Shown: positions 49,860 through 61,394, counted from the stretch's first letter. The stretch: 64,000 nucleotides of DNA from an uncultured Verrucomicrobiae bacterium (GCA_963837955.1 CAWIPH010000002.1:1824001-1888000); one strand, 5' to 3'. Made by a program: numbers and translations. Notes: generated from the sequence alone by a model not told the origin.

Positions 49860-52141
49860 AAAAGGCTATCACAAAATTGCGGCAACATCCGCTCGTCAAA
49901 AAAGCCGATTCATTTGTCCGCAAGTGGGATGGCAAGTTAACGCAGGATTTGGTATTGCATCCCGGCAAGTTCGGCCTCGGGAAAGTGCCCGCGCGCCTCG
50001 AACCGGACGACACCACCGATATGGTGTGCGGCTTTTGCTCGACGGGCTGCAGTCTAACTATTCATCTTAAAGACGGCCAGGCGATGAACCTGAGTCCGGC
50101 TACCAATTACCCCGTCAACCTCGGGATGGCTTGCCCGAAAGGCTGGGAGGCGCTCACACCCCTTCGGTCTCCTGACCGCGCAACGACACCTTACCTTCGC
50201 AATGCGGATGGCCAACTCGAACCCGTGGACTGGGACACAGCGCTCCAGGTCTTCACGCTTCGCTTCAAAGCCATCCAGGATAAATACGGCAACGATGCAA
50301 TTGCGTGGCTCGGTACCGGCCAGATCTGCACCGAGGAACTGGCGTTTCTCGGCGCGCTGGCGAAGTTCGGCATGGGGATAGTTCATGGCGACGGCAACAC
50401 ACGTCAGTGCATGGCGACCGCCGCCACGGCTTACAAACAATCGTTCGGTTTCGATGCGCCGCCTTACACCTACCAGGATTTCGAGGAATCCGACGTGCTC
50501 GTCTTCGTCGGCTCGAATCTTTGCATCGCGCATCCGATAATGTGGCAGCGTGTTTGCCGGAACAAGAATCATCCGGAGATCATCGTGGTCGATCCCCGGA
50601 AAACGGAGACTGCCATGGCCGCGACGCAACATTACGCCATTAAGCCGAAGTCCGATCTCGTCCTGCTCTATGGGCTGGCGAACATCCTCATCGCGAGCGG
50701 CTGGTTCAATCGCGATTACATCAACAAACACACCACTGGCTTTGAAGAGTTTGCAGAATTTGTGACACGTTTCACTTCGGATGAGGTGAGTGCCGCAACC
50801 GGTCTGAGCGTTGCGCAGCTCTGGCAGTTTGCAGAGACAATCCATCGCGGCAAGAGCGTGTCATTTTGGTGGACAATGGGTGTGAATCAGGGTCACGAGG
50901 CAACCCGCACCGCGCAGGCGATCATCAATCTCGCGATTATGACCGGCAATATCGGCCGGGCTGGCACGGGAGCCAACTCCATCACTGGCCAGTGCAATGC
51001 GATGGGCTCCAGGCTCTTTTCAAACACCACGAACCTGCTCGGCGGCTACGATTTTTCAATCGCCCAACACCGTTCGAAAATCGCTGAGATTCTTCGCATA
51101 GACGTTAAGAGGATTCCAGATCAGAACAGTTGGGCTTACGATCAGATCGTAGAGGGAATCGCCAACGGCAAAATAAAGGGGCTCTGGGTCATCGCCACTA
51201 ACTCCTCGCACTCGTGGATCAATCAACGTGATTTCAACGAAATAGCGCAGAAGCTCGATCTTCTCGTCGTGCAGGATATGTATCACACCACTGAGACGGC
51301 GCAGCGTGCCCATCTCGTTTTGCCGGCTGCGGCGTGGGGCGAGAAGACCGGCACGTTCATCAATTCCGAGCGCCGAATCGGGCTTGTAAAAAAAGTCTCG
51401 CGTCCCCCGGGCCATGCGCTGTCGGATTTCAATATCTTCAAGCTGGTGGCGCAATACTGGGGCTGTGGCGAGATGTTCAAGGAGTGGTCTTCGCCGGAAG
51501 CGGCGTTTCAAATTCTGAAAAAACTTTCGCGCGGCCAGCCGTGCGATATCACGGGCATTCACGATTACCAGATGATCGAGGAGGCAGGCGGCATCCAGTG
51601 GCCGTTGCCGGACGGCCGCGCGCCCGGCGCCATGTCTGAATACCGGTCTACTGACCCAGCGACAGTTCCCTTAGCGCAGGAACGGCGTCTGTTCGAAGAC
51701 GGCGCGTTCTACCACGCGGACGGGAAGGCGAAATTTTTTTTTGAAGCCCCTCGTGAGGTCCCGGAGCCGACGGACTTCGACTATCCCTTCACGTTGCTCA
51801 CCGGACGCGGCACCTCCTCCCAGTGGCACACGCAGACGCGTACGGGAAAATCCGCCGTGCTGAGAAAGCTTTATCCCGATCAAATTTATGTCGAGATAAA
51901 TCCGACCGATGCGGAAAGACTGGCCATCGGCCCTAATGAGAGAGTGCGCGTCGCATCGCGCCGCGGCCAGGTGAGCGCGACCGCCTTCATCACAAATACG
52001 GTCCAAGTCGGCAACGTGTTCATTCCGATGCACTACGCGACCGCAAACGAACTCACGTTTCCTGCGTTTGATCCCTTTTCGCGGCAACCTGCCTACAAAG
52101 CCTGCGCAGTTTCGGTAAGGCCTCTCCGCGAAAGCAGGTGA
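49856..52141 (+). CDS. Mo-bis-PGD nitrate reductase catalytic subunit (assimilatory NasA/NarB type)
   Basis: CGFCSTGC...[31 protein letters not shown]...QWHT.TRTG; no Tat signal. Confidence 0.92.
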   Translation: MKKAITKLRQHPLVKKADSFVRKWDGKLTQDLVLHPGKFGLGKVPARLEPDDTTDMVCGFCSTGCSLTIHLKDGQAMNLSPATNYPVNLGMACPKGWEALTPLRSPDRATTPYLRNADGQLEPVDWDTALQVFTLRFKAIQDKYGNDAIAWLGTGQICTEELAFLGALAKFGMGIVHGDGNTRQCMATAATAYKQSFGFDAPPYTYQDFEESDVLVFVGSNLCIAHPIMWQRVCRNKNHPEIIVVDPRKTETAMAATQHYAIKPKSDLVLLYGLANILIASGWFNRDYINKHTTGFEEFAEFVTRFTSDEVSAATGLSVAQLWQFAETIHRGKSVSFWWTMGVNQGHEATRTAQAIINLAIMTGNIGRAGTGANSITGQCNAMGSRLFSNTTNLLGGYDFSIAQHRSKIAEILRIDVKRIPDQNSWAYDQIVEGIANGKIKGLWVIATNSSHSWINQRDFNEIAQKLDLLVVQDMYHTTETAQRAHLVLPAAAWGEKTGTFINSERRIGLVKKVSRPPGHALSDFNIFKLVAQYWGCGEMFKEWSSPEAAFQILKKLSRGQPCDITGIHDYQMIEEAGGIQWPLPDGRAPGAMSEYRSTDPATVPLAQERRLFEDGAFYHADGKAKFFFEAPREVPEPTDFDYPFTLLTGRGTSSQWHTQTRTGKSAVLRKLYPDQIYVEINPTDAERLAIGPNERVRVASRRGQVSATAFITNTVQVGNVFIPMHYATANELTFPAFDPFSRQPAYKACAVSVRPLRESR

Positions 52142-52801
52142 GAAGTGGCAGGTGATTGGTGATTGAGGTTAACATAGTCGTACACATTCAACAGTTCTCG
52201 ACTCTGCAACACCTTTTCACACTGAAAGCTGGTGTGTCAGCAATGCGGACAAAAGAATTTGCTGCCGCAAGCGCAGACCGCATTTTGCGATCTTAGGAAG
52301 GTCGGAAGGCCAGGTGTGTTCGGAATGGCCGATCTTGGAGAAAGGGGCAGCACGGCGCTATTGGGAGCCATCGCAGTTTGCGAGCCTGCCTATATGGACA
52401 CCTCGCATGATGCTAGAATGAGAGCCTTTTCAGAAATTTTCGTTCATAGAGCCGATCGAGAAGAAACACCTGGGCGATACCGTCGAGAAGTATAGCTAAG
52501 AGAAGCTTGGCACGAGTAAAGCTAAGTCCCTGCTGACAGAGAAAGCCAAGTAGGGAAATTGTCTTCAGCAGTCCTCCAAACTGAAAGCAGTTAGTAGTTA
52601 ACCTTTGTGCACACCAGTAAGTTTTATCCGAAAGTATAATAGTCATGCAGCTCGAAAGTTGGTTAGTAGAAAATGAGGCTGACACTTTCAAAGCCGGCCA
52701 GCAGTTCGTATGACCGAGCTGGCGCAGTTGGCGTTCGTTCTAATGCTGTGGGGGATCATCGATACGATGTTCACAGTGTTGCGAAAATGAGACCAGGCTA
52801 C

Positions 52802-53170
52802 TTAGAATTGAGAATTTGGAAGCTAGAAGCTAGAAGAGGAATAGGAGTCTCTCCCAAAACGTCGGTAAGGCGTGTCTTATCTTAGGCTTGCGATCCAAAA
52901 ATGAATCGCCAACAGCCACGAAATTCACCTTTGCTTACCGTTCGGCTGAGCTCAGGTCGAAGCCTTTGCTAGCTTCTATTCAAAGAGAATCTCTGCGTTC
53001 TTTTTGTTCTCTTGCGGCTATCTCAGCGTTGCTTTGTGGGGCAGCCAACCCGATCGATTGATTTGGAAACGCCGCGAGAACCGAAGCGTGTCTTATCTCC
53101 GACTTGGCGATCCGAAATGAAGCGCCAGCAGCTACGAATTCCACCTTTGCTAGCTTCTGTTCAAAGAAAA
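52802..53170. repeat. Composite repeat region: heptamer tandem, partial direct duplication and a TAGCCGC-family copy
   Basis: gcgtgtcttatc...gcgatcc.aaa.tgaa.cgcca.cagc.acgaa.t.cacctttgct occurs at ~52870 and ~53086; the arm 52963-53021 matches 23980-24046. Confidence 0.7.
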
Positions 53171-53199
53171 CTTCGTGTCAAGATTTCTACGCCCGATCG

Positions 53200-54117
53200 T
53201 CACGGCGCTGGGGGAGTCAATCCCGCATCGTCCGAAGCGCCCAAGGCGAGAGCGGACCAATCCAGATCAGCGCGGTTTTTTGCGAGTGCCGAAAGGAACC
53301 TGTTGCCGAGCAACGAACCAATCGGCATGGGAGTCTCACTTTCTTGGGCGACTTGTAAAACTAAGCGCACGTCCTTCCAACCTAGCCGGAGTCGAAAACC
53401 GGCTGGCTCATATTGATGCCGAGCCACAAGATCGCCATATCCCTTGTAAACAGGGCCGGAAAAGAGCGTTTCCGAAAGCAGTTCGGCGATTTTTAGCCGC
53501 GGAATTTCTTCTTTCTCCGCAAGAGTAAATGCCTCCGCCATCGTTTCGATCGCGGCAGCAATGTTGAAATTTACCACCAGCTTGGCAACGTTGGCTTGCC
53601 ACGGTTTTTCACCAAAGTCGAAGATTCGTTGCCCGAGATTTTTCAAGAGCGGCTCAACTATCTGCTTGGCATTGCTTTCGCCCGCCAGGAGAATGAACAA
53701 AGTTCCGGCGGCGGCGCGATCCGGACGGCCAATCACGGGTGCGGCCAGGTAAGCAACGCCTCCTTTAGCATGATGTTCAGCCAGGTCTCGTGCGGTTTGG
53801 GGGGCAATCGTGCTCATGGAGACGTGAATTCCGCCTCCAGCAAAACGATCCACGAAATCCGAATTGCTGCCCGCGATCGATTCGACTGCAGCGTCGTCTG
53901 CCAACATGGTGAAAACAATACCTCCAGGCTCGATCACGTCGCTGGGAGAGCTGACCGACTTCGCACCACCGGCTATCAATGGGTCAGCCTTGTGCGGTGT
54001 CCGATTGTATACTCGCAACTGGTACCCCGCCTTCAGGAGGTTAGCCGCGATGGGCAAACCCATATTGCCCAAGCCGATAAAACCGAGGGATACTGTTTTT
54101 TTCGACTGATCATTCAT
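53200..54117 (-). CDS. NAD(P)-dependent beta-hydroxyacid dehydrogenase family oxidoreductase
   Basis: GFIGLGNMG, YNRT, HVSMSTI, APVIG, AKLVVN, KDVRL. Confidence 0.9.
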   Translation of the reverse strand: MNDQSKKTVSLGFIGLGNMGLPIAANLLKAGYQLRVYNRTPHKADPLIAGGAKSVSSPSDVIEPGGIVFTMLADDAAVESIAGSNSDFVDRFAGGGIHVSMSTIAPQTARDLAEHHAKGGVAYLAAPVIGRPDRAAAGTLFILLAGESNAKQIVEPLLKNLGQRIFDFGEKPWQANVAKLVVNFNIAAAIETMAEAFTLAEKEEIPRLKIAELLSETLFSGPVYKGYGDLVARHQYEPAGFRLRLGWKDVRLVLQVAQESETPMPIGSLLGNRFLSALAKNRADLDWSALALGASDDAGLTPPAP

Positions 54118-54538
54118 AACATTTCTTTTTTAATACAGCCGGAGGGGCTCGGGATTTCTCCAGGGCGGGCTGGCCGGACGTCAACCGACAGTATACACGA
54201 AGACTAGGACCCTTCATTTCCATCAAACGGTCAACATAGGAGCACGACTAGTGTTGGGGTTGTGCTCGATCGATCGTCTAGGTTTCTCTAGCGAAAGTAA
54301 ACCCAGTCATTTTGATCGCCGGCAAAGGCGTTGGGCGAAAGAGTCAATGCGAGCCCCTGGCCGAAGGAATCATGTCTAAGGCGGAAGTTTGGGCTAAGCG
54401 CCCATCGCATTTACCAGGATTTGGTCGAGGAGAACGGCTTTATCCACTGTTGAATCACTCCTTGCCAAAATGTCTTCAACCAGTTTAAACGGAGAAAAGT
54501 GGCTGGTTTTCGACCCCCGACAGTTGATGGGGACCAAG

Positions 54539-55345
54539 ATGGAAACATACGACGACGATCTTAGAAAGTTCGAAGCAGACGGCGCTCCGGCGTTGCCGGT
54601 CGCTAATGATCAGGGCTACGTGGGACACGACGGCGCCCAGATCTGGTACGCTACCTACGGGTCCGGCTTGCCCGTGATCATGTTGCATGGCGGTCTTGGC
54701 CATAGCGGCAATTGGGGCTATCAGCTCCCAGCGCTGATCAAGTCTGGCTATCGCGCCATTCTCATTGATAGCCGCGGCCACGGACGCAGCACGCGGGACT
54801 CGCGGCCATTTATGTATGAGCTGATGGCATCCGACGTTTTAGCCGTGATGGATGCATTGCACCTGGAAAAAGCCGCCGTTGTGGGCTGGAGCGACGGCGC
54901 ATGCTCAGCCTTAATCCTCGGCAGGCAAGCTCCCGCCCGCGTTGCCGGCGTATTTTTCTTTGCGTGCAACATGGATCCCAGCGGCGTTATGGAGATTAAG
55001 CCCAATCCGGTTCTCGACCGGTGTTTCGGACGGCACTCCAAGGATTACGCCCGGTTATCGGCCACGCCCGACCAATTCAAGCCATTTGTCGAAGCGGTCA
55101 GCCTGATGATGAAGACCCAACCCAATTATTCGGCAAACGATCTTGCTGAAATCCGGGTGCGGGTCACGATCGCCCAAAGCGAACACGCCGAATTCATCAA
55201 GCGTGAACACGCCGAATATCTGGCTCGGAGCATTCCTGGCGCGGAATTGATGGTTCTTCCCGGCGTGACACATTTCGCGCCGCTGCAAAGGCCGGATCAG
55301 TTCAATAACGCTATGCTTGGCTTCCTCGCCGGAGTTCTCAATTGA
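54539..55345 (+). CDS. Alpha/beta hydrolase
   Basis: LHGGLG, DSRGHGRS, GWSDG nucleophile elbow, THFAP. Confidence 0.9.
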   Translation: METYDDDLRKFEADGAPALPVANDQGYVGHDGAQIWYATYGSGLPVIMLHGGLGHSGNWGYQLPALIKSGYRAILIDSRGHGRSTRDSRPFMYELMASDVLAVMDALHLEKAAVVGWSDGACSALILGRQAPARVAGVFFFACNMDPSGVMEIKPNPVLDRCFGRHSKDYARLSATPDQFKPFVEAVSLMMKTQPNYSANDLAEIRVRVTIAQSEHAEFIKREHAEYLARSIPGAELMVLPGVTHFAPLQRPDQFNNAMLGFLAGVLN

Positions 55346-55543
55346 GCAAGATTTTGTATAAGATATAAGGGAGGTGTCTTAACTTTGGACGTTTTCCCGC
55401 GCCGCTGGCGGGTGGCGGCGGTCGAGAGAGAGTGGGATTAGCTATCGTAAGAACTCAGAAGGCAGCGTGGTAACAATGCCGAGGCGATCGCAAGCTGGTT
55501 GGCCCGGTGCTTATTGGGCGCCGGGCTCACGGATAGTCATCTG

Positions 55544-56104
55544 CTACAGCCGCGTGAACAGGAGGGCGATGTAGAGGAAGAACAGGAAAACGATAACGGG
55601 TGCCATTAGCTTGTGAAACCACTCTTGCCGCGTGATCGCGGCCACAATAGCTGCAAGGCCGAAAAACACGTGAAACCCGGCGTTGATGCCGCCGAGCATA
55701 TGCCCTTCGAGAGCGAATTCCTTCGCCGCACTAAAGACGATGCTGGCAAACAAGGCACCGAAGAACCAGCTCTTATGCGCGAAGTAGTGCTCCCGCAGAT
55801 CGACGACGGTATCCCCGGAGATATCCGGTAGGACCAGCGCCGCGACCATGTATACGCTTATCGCTTGAAGCACGATGACGAGGAGGCCCACAAAAGTCCA
55901 ATTTGCATGCGTGCGCATCCCGAAACTCGCCCACCACCCCTGAATAGCGATAAGGAGCGTGAGACCAGCCCAGAGCAAGGTCGGGAAGTACAACTTCACC
56001 TTCGCTCTGGTCAGAATGAGCCCGCGCAAGCCCAGCAGGACTTGGGTTATAGCCAGCCCGAGGATGATCGAGAGGAGGACCGAGAGGTAGTTAAAGGAGT
56101 CCAC
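55544..56104 (-). CDS. Conserved-type hypothetical multi-pass membrane protein
   Basis: MDSFNYLSVLLSIILGLAI..., WW, DLREHYF; 5-6 TMs. Confidence 0.8.
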   Translation of the reverse strand: MDSFNYLSVLLSIILGLAITQVLLGLRGLILTRAKVKLYFPTLLWAGLTLLIAIQGWWASFGMRTHANWTFVGLLVIVLQAISVYMVAALVLPDISGDTVVDLREHYFAHKSWFFGALFASIVFSAAKEFALEGHMLGGINAGFHVFFGLAAIVAAITRQEWFHKLMAPVIVFLFFLYIALLFTRL

Positions 56105-56417
56105 GGCATTGAGCTTAACTAATTGGGTTTTAAGATTTTGGCTTAATCATAATGCTCCACGCTGTGATTGTCGGTCAGTTTGTCGCTGCGATTTTGAAAC
56201 GGATGGATCGGGATCTACTTCCCACCTGTTCGGACCGGACGACTCGTAGCAGGCGCCTAAGAAAAAATTTCGCTGCTGCCGCAGGGATGCTCATAGGTGA
56301 GCAGGGAATTCGACCGGACGGCGCTCCTCAAATCCTTCTGCTGGCTATGGAGTTCTTCTCGACGATGTCCGATGCTTTAGGTAACAACGTTAACCGTGCA
56401 CGTTGGGTGCGACGGTA

Positions 56418-57137
56418 ATGGTTGGAACGGTAAACTGGACGACGAAAAACAGCGTTAAGACCGCAAAGCTAGTGCTGGCAGCTTGCGGTTTATTCGCGGA
56501 GGTCGCTGCCATTGAAACGAGGGCAGCCACCGAATTACCTGGTATCACTGTTACAGCCACCGTCACGCCTCCAGGTGATATTGTAAGCAGGGACCGCGAC
56601 CAGCGGTCGCCAGATATTAACTGGCCCACGGCCTTGTCTCTCAAATGGTCAGAAGTGTTTGCGCATAACGAAATTGAGATCAATGCGCCGTGCGCCACGG
56701 TATGGAATCACCTCGTCCAAGCCCAACTGTGGCCGCAATGGTGCTCATTTGCTGGCAAGGTCAAAATTAAGGGTGGTTCACAGATACTGCAAAAGAACAC
56801 CTTGTTCAGATGGGGTGGGTTAGACCTGCCCCAGGACGAGATAGCAATATTTCAACACTCGCCCGAGCCACTGGATAGCAAAGTGATTGAATACGTTCCC
56901 GAGCGTCGCATCGGTTGGTACAGTGTTGGGACTCCCACTAGTCTTGGGCCCCTCTGTGCTACATACCATACTTGGCTCCTTACCCCGGTCGGTGCTAAAA
57001 AGTGCCGCGTAACTTTCGAAGAAGTCGCGACAGGCCGGGCGGCGCGATATGCACGAGGAGCCTATCCCGAAGTAGTTCATCTCAGCCATAAACGATGGCT
57101 GGAACAGTTGAAAAGGGTCTCAGAAGCTCATCACTGA
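56418..57137 (+). CDS. SRPBCC/START-fold protein (start uncertain)
   Basis: HNEIEINAP...VW..L...WPQW, V.EYVP..RIGW, YHTWLL.P, EEVATG, H..WLEQLK. Confidence 0.75.
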   Translation: MVGTVNWTTKNSVKTAKLVLAACGLFAEVAAIETRAATELPGITVTATVTPPGDIVSRDRDQRSPDINWPTALSLKWSEVFAHNEIEINAPCATVWNHLVQAQLWPQWCSFAGKVKIKGGSQILQKNTLFRWGGLDLPQDEIAIFQHSPEPLDSKVIEYVPERRIGWYSVGTPTSLGPLCATYHTWLLTPVGAKKCRVTFEEVATGRAARYARGAYPEVVHLSHKRWLEQLKRVSEAHH

Positions 57138-57165
57138 AAAAGCTCCCGCTTTAGCCGCTCTTGTC

Positions 57166-57190
57166 GTAGCCTGATGCTCCAAGCCTCAGG
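57166..57190 (+). repeat. Single GTAG-type REP palindrome
   Basis: GTAGCCTGATGCTCCAAGCCTCAGG just after the SRPBCC stop. Confidence 0.75.
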
Positions 57191-57517
57191 AAACCTGGGC
57201 GCCATGTCCTAAAGGAGATGCGGTGGTGGTTTCAGTCGCAGAATTCGAATAACCTCCTGCACTGCTTGGGGATTCCTAAAAACGTCATGTCCGCAGCGCA
57301 CAATCACTTCGGACTGCGCTCCGTCGAGGTGGCTGCTCCAATATGGGATCACTCCATCCGGTCCTCGTTCCTTCGGTGATTTGGCCGGTTGACTGTTCCT
57401 ATCGGGCTCGGCCCAAAATTTGCTGCCTTCTTCCCAGTGTCGGTGATTACTGATTGCTAATCAGTTATGACATGTCTGCTTTAGTTTGAATATCGATTGT
57501 TGGGGAGTGAAGGGAAT

Positions 57518-57994
57518 ATGAAATATTTTTTAATTCTGTTGTTAGGGGCTACGTGTGCGCGCGCCGAGGTGAGATATAATCTGGATAATCTGACTGATAC
57601 CGAAAAGCATATCCGTCCGTTTATCAATGATGTTTTCCAGACATATTGCTACGGTTTGGATGCGCAACGGACTCAAATTTGCCCCTATCTGGTTAAATAT
57701 TGGACCTATTTAAGAGCCTTCGATACGCGGCCATACGATTTTTGCATCAGTTACATTCGTATCGTTAAAACGCTGGCAGCATCGGCTTATGTAGAAATTG
57801 ACGGCTATCTGCAGGTCGGAGATTTCAGTAATGATCATGCCAGCACGGGTATGATCCAAACGTCTTGGAATATAGTTTTGGATGATATCTGGTCAGATAG
57901 ACCAGTGTTGCGGACGATGAGAGAAACCGGTCTTTGTGACTTACGCAATCAATTGGCCGAGGAGAATGACCCGAAGCTTAAAGCGGTTCCATAA
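57518..57994 (+). CDS. Secreted hypothetical protein
   Basis: RBS GAAGGGA; signal peptide MKYFLILLLGATCARA; 4 Cys in the mature part. Confidence 0.65.
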   Translation: MKYFLILLLGATCARAEVRYNLDNLTDTEKHIRPFINDVFQTYCYGLDAQRTQICPYLVKYWTYLRAFDTRPYDFCISYIRIVKTLAASAYVEIDGYLQVGDFSNDHASTGMIQTSWNIVLDDIWSDRPVLRTMRETGLCDLRNQLAEENDPKLKAVP

Positions 57995-58121
57995 CTGAGC
58001 CGCGCGTACAGGAGGACGTGATTCCTGTTCCAGCTTGACCCATCTTCCTGCGAGGACCTACACCAAGGTACAATAGATCTTTTGTCTGAGCGGCCCTAGG
58101 GGGCTGATAGCCGTATGCAAA

Positions 58122-58388
58122 TCAGTGTTGGACCGAAGAACTAGGCAACGGTCTTGGTTGCCTACCGCCGCTAGGTTGTCGGAATACTCCGGCGACCGGC
58201 CGCAGTGTGGATAAGAGCCCGTCGACTACGGCAAAGAAATACCAGTCGAAGACAAGCAGGCCGACCGCCAGCATCCCAGCGCCAGCCACAATCGAGCGAA
58301 GCCAATTGGGCCGTTTTCTTTTTTCGCTAACCTGGAGTCTGTTCGGCTGATCGACGCTCGACGTTACCCAAAGGTTTTGGTCTGCCAC
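58122..58388 (-). CDS. Small single-TM hypothetical protein
   Basis: Basic stretch followed by one hydrophobic helix. Confidence 0.4.
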   Translation of the reverse strand: MADQNLWVTSSVDQPNRLQVSEKRKRPNWLRSIVAGAGMLAVGLLVFDWYFFAVVDGLLSTLRPVAGVFRQPSGGRQPRPLPSSSVQH

Positions 58389-58763
58389 ACGGTTAATAGA
58401 GAATGGCGGTAACTGAAGACTAAATGATTCTGGACGGACGGGGAAAAAGCCGGACGAGTGGCCGGAATGAGGAATCGAGCGCGGTGTTCGCGGGGCCGTG
58501 TGGCGGCGCGAGTGAACGTTGAAATGACGAAAAAGTGGTCACCTCGTTGACGCCGGGTTGGGGACACCTCAAGAGAAAGGGAAAATTACGTATGCTGAAG
58601 AGCGTTCTGGCAACCTTTGCCATCGATTTCAAGCGGCCGCTGGATTACTTGAATCTTTAGGCGCGACCGCTCCCCAGGACCCTTTGGGTTTCGTTACGGT
58701 AATACAGAATACTCCTTTGAGCGATAGCGGAGGACGGCGCGATTAGTAGATTCTCAATAAATT

Positions 58764-58860
58764 ATGGAAACGCCCGTAGCTCAAGCCGAATCTTGGCCAC
58801 AGGTCGTCATCGTGGGAGGAGGCTTTGGCGTTGTTAGGGCAGCAAAAGCACTCATTGGAA
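58764..58860 (+). pseudogene. N-terminal relic of an NDH-2-like FAD-dependent oxidoreductase, in frame with cydA
   Basis: PQVVIVGGGFGVVRAAKAL matches the NDH-2 dinucleotide-binding start. Confidence 0.55.
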
Positions 58861-58958
58861 CAATCGCATTTTCGACTACTGCGAGTCAAAGGATGGCTGA
58901 TTACCCGAATAGTTCTCAGCAGAGTCAAAGTAGAAAAATCATCACGGAACGAGGCATC

Positions 58959-60287
58959 TTGAACGACTTCTTTTTTGCTCGTTCGCAGATGGGAATGTCG
59001 CTGGCGTTCCACATCATCTTTGCTGTCATCGGAATGGCGATGCCTCTGTTAATGGCAGTCTCCGAAGGTTGCTACTTGTGGACAAAAAAGCCCATTTTTC
59101 TTGAATTGAGTAAGCGATGGGCGGCGGGGACGACGATTCTGTTCGCCGTGGGAGCGGTCTCCGGTACGGTCCTTTCGTTTGAGTTGGGATTGCTCTGGCC
59201 GAAGTTTATGGAATATGCCGGCGGGATCATTGGTATGCCCTTCTCTCTAGAGGGCTTCGCCTTCTTCACCGAAGCGATCTTCCTGGGAATCTACCTTTAT
59301 GGTTGGAACCGGATTCCTCCGGTGCTGCATTGGCTGGCTGGAATTGTGGTGGCTGTGAGCGGCGTTCTATCCGCCGTTTTCGTCGTGTTAGCAAACGCCT
59401 GGATGAATGCGCCGGCTGGATTTGACGTTGTCAACGGCCAACCGGTCAACATCAATCCAATCGCGGCAATGCTGAATCCGGCTTCGCTTCACGAAACCAT
59501 CCACATGGTGCTCGCCGCTTACGTAGCTACCGGATTTTTGGTCGCCGGAATCCACGCGTTTTTCCTCCTCCGCGATCCAAAAAGCGCCTTTCACCGCGCC
59601 TCCTGTAGCATTGCGCTGGTCGTTGCCTGCATCTCGATCCCTCTGCAGATGGTGAGCGGAGATTTTGCAGCGGAGGAAGTTGCCAAGCTCCAGCCAACTA
59701 AACTCGCAGCGATGGAAGCGCATTATCAAACGAGCAAGGCCGCTCCTCTGGTGATTGGCGGAATTCCAAATGACGCTACCGGGACAGTAAATTACGGGCT
59801 GCAGATCCCGTTTGGGTTGAGCTTGCTCGTTGGTCATAATCCAGAGACTGAAGTGGTCGGCCTGGAGCACTTCCCGCGCGATCAGTGGCCAAACGTCCGG
59901 CTGGTGCACTGGTCCTTCGACATCATGGTTGGGAGCGGATCGGTCATGCTGGCCATGGCAATCTGGGTCGCTTGGGTCTGGTGGCGGACTCACCGGTTGC
60001 CAGACAACAAGTGGCTGCTGCGCGCGCTGGTTTGTTGTGCGCCGCTCGGCTTCATTGCAGTAGAAACCGGCTGGTTCGTGACCGAACTCGGGCGACAACC
60101 CTGGATCATCTACGGGTTTATGCGCACACGCGATGCGGTGACTCCGATGCCCGGACTGGTCGTACCATTTACTACGTTCACGAGCGTTTATCTGCTGCTC
60201 GCCGTCATCGTCATCTTTTTGCTCCGGCGTCAATTCATGGAAACCCACCCACGGCCGATCAAAGAGGAGGTTGTTAGCGATGCTTGA
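58959..60287 (+). CDS. cydA: Cytochrome bd quinol oxidase subunit I (short Q-loop)
   Basis: ARSQ..SLAFHIIF, GAVSG...FE, EG.AFF.EA, NAWM, QPTKLAAME, FDIMVG, GWFVTELGRQPW; TTG start after GAGG. Confidence 0.93.
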   Translation: MNDFFFARSQMGMSLAFHIIFAVIGMAMPLLMAVSEGCYLWTKKPIFLELSKRWAAGTTILFAVGAVSGTVLSFELGLLWPKFMEYAGGIIGMPFSLEGFAFFTEAIFLGIYLYGWNRIPPVLHWLAGIVVAVSGVLSAVFVVLANAWMNAPAGFDVVNGQPVNINPIAAMLNPASLHETIHMVLAAYVATGFLVAGIHAFFLLRDPKSAFHRASCSIALVVACISIPLQMVSGDFAAEEVAKLQPTKLAAMEAHYQTSKAAPLVIGGIPNDATGTVNYGLQIPFGLSLLVGHNPETEVVGLEHFPRDQWPNVRLVHWSFDIMVGSGSVMLAMAIWVAWVWWRTHRLPDNKWLLRALVCCAPLGFIAVETGWFVTELGRQPWIIYGFMRTRDAVTPMPGLVVPFTTFTSVYLLLAVIVIFLLRRQFMETHPRPIKEEVVSDA

Positions 60288-61278
60288 AATCCTCCTAGCG
60301 ATAGCCATCCTGGTTTCGCTCATCCTTTATGCGCTGATGGGCGGCGCCGATTATGGCGGTGGGATGTGGGATTTACTTGCCTCTGGCCCAAGGGCCGATC
60401 AGCAGCGACACGTTATTGTTGAGGCAATCGCTCCCATCTGGGAGGCAAATCATGTCTGGCTAGTTCTGGTCATTGTTCTGCTCTTCACGGGATTTCCGCG
60501 CGCATTTTCGACCATGATGATTGCGCTCCATATTCCGATTACCGCCATGCTGGTCGGCATCGTTCTTCGCGGCTCGGCGTTTGTATTCCGCAAATATGAT
60601 TCCACAGACGATGCCGTTCAGCGGCGATGGAGCACCGTCTTTGGCATTGCGAGTTTCTTTACGCCCTTTTTTCAAGGATTAACGTTGGGCGCGTTGACCA
60701 CCGGCGACATTCGTTTGGTTGGAGATCGCGTGACAACAGGCTTCTTCGCGGGCTGGCTTACGCCGTTCGCTTTGACCTGTGGGTTATTCGCCCTCGCGCT
60801 GTTTGCATTCCTGGCGGCAACCTATATGACAGTCGAGACGCGGTCCGAACCAGATCTCCAGAACGACTTCCGCCTCCGGGCGATCTGGGCGGAAGCAGCG
60901 TTGATTCCGCTGGCAATCATCGTCCTTATTACCTCAAAGAATGGTGCCCCCTTGATGTATCGTGGTCTGACCGATTGGTGGGCGCCCCTCCTGCTCGGAT
61001 GGACAGTTCTGAGCGCATTGACCACAACCCTGGCGCTCTGGTCTGGTAGATTTTATCTGGCCCGAATCGCGGCGGTCGCGCAAGTGACATTTATTCTGGC
61101 AGGCTGGGCTTTAGGACAATTTCCGCACTTGGTTGCCCCGGATGTCACTGTTCAGAACGCCGCTGCACCGGAGTCGACGCTAAAACCGTTGCTGCTGGCT
61201 CTCGGAGCAGGCGCAGTGGTTCTGTTGCCGTCGCTCCTTTATCTTTTTCAAATCTTCAAACGCCAAGAAGAGCGTTGA
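60280..61278 (+). CDS. cydB: Cytochrome bd quinol oxidase subunit II
   Basis: GADYGGG, PIWEANHVWL, LRGSAF.FR; overlaps cydA. Confidence 0.93.
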   Translation: MLEILLAIAILVSLILYALMGGADYGGGMWDLLASGPRADQQRHVIVEAIAPIWEANHVWLVLVIVLLFTGFPRAFSTMMIALHIPITAMLVGIVLRGSAFVFRKYDSTDDAVQRRWSTVFGIASFFTPFFQGLTLGALTTGDIRLVGDRVTTGFFAGWLTPFALTCGLFALALFAFLAATYMTVETRSEPDLQNDFRLRAIWAEAALIPLAIIVLITSKNGAPLMYRGLTDWWAPLLLGWTVLSALTTTLALWSGRFYLARIAAVAQVTFILAGWALGQFPHLVAPDVTVQNAAAPESTLKPLLLALGAGAVVLLPSLLYLFQIFKRQEER

Positions 61279-61394
61279 CGCTCAATTGGTTCAAATGAGT
61301 TCCGCATTAATCGTCACAACTGTCATTGGGCTGCGTTACTTTCGCGCATGGAACGCCGGACGCCTTTCAGTTGAATGCAAGAAGTCGCTTGAAT

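Noticed and set aside
42345..51562. Long antisense ORFs within the nitrate operon, and similar ones elsewhere (e.g. 3960-4721, 59388-60323)
   Set aside because: Shadow frames of GC-rich coding genes with no protein-like motifs
52232..53200. Short ORFs between the nitrate reductase and the dehydrogenase
   Set aside because: No motifs; several are translations of repeat elements
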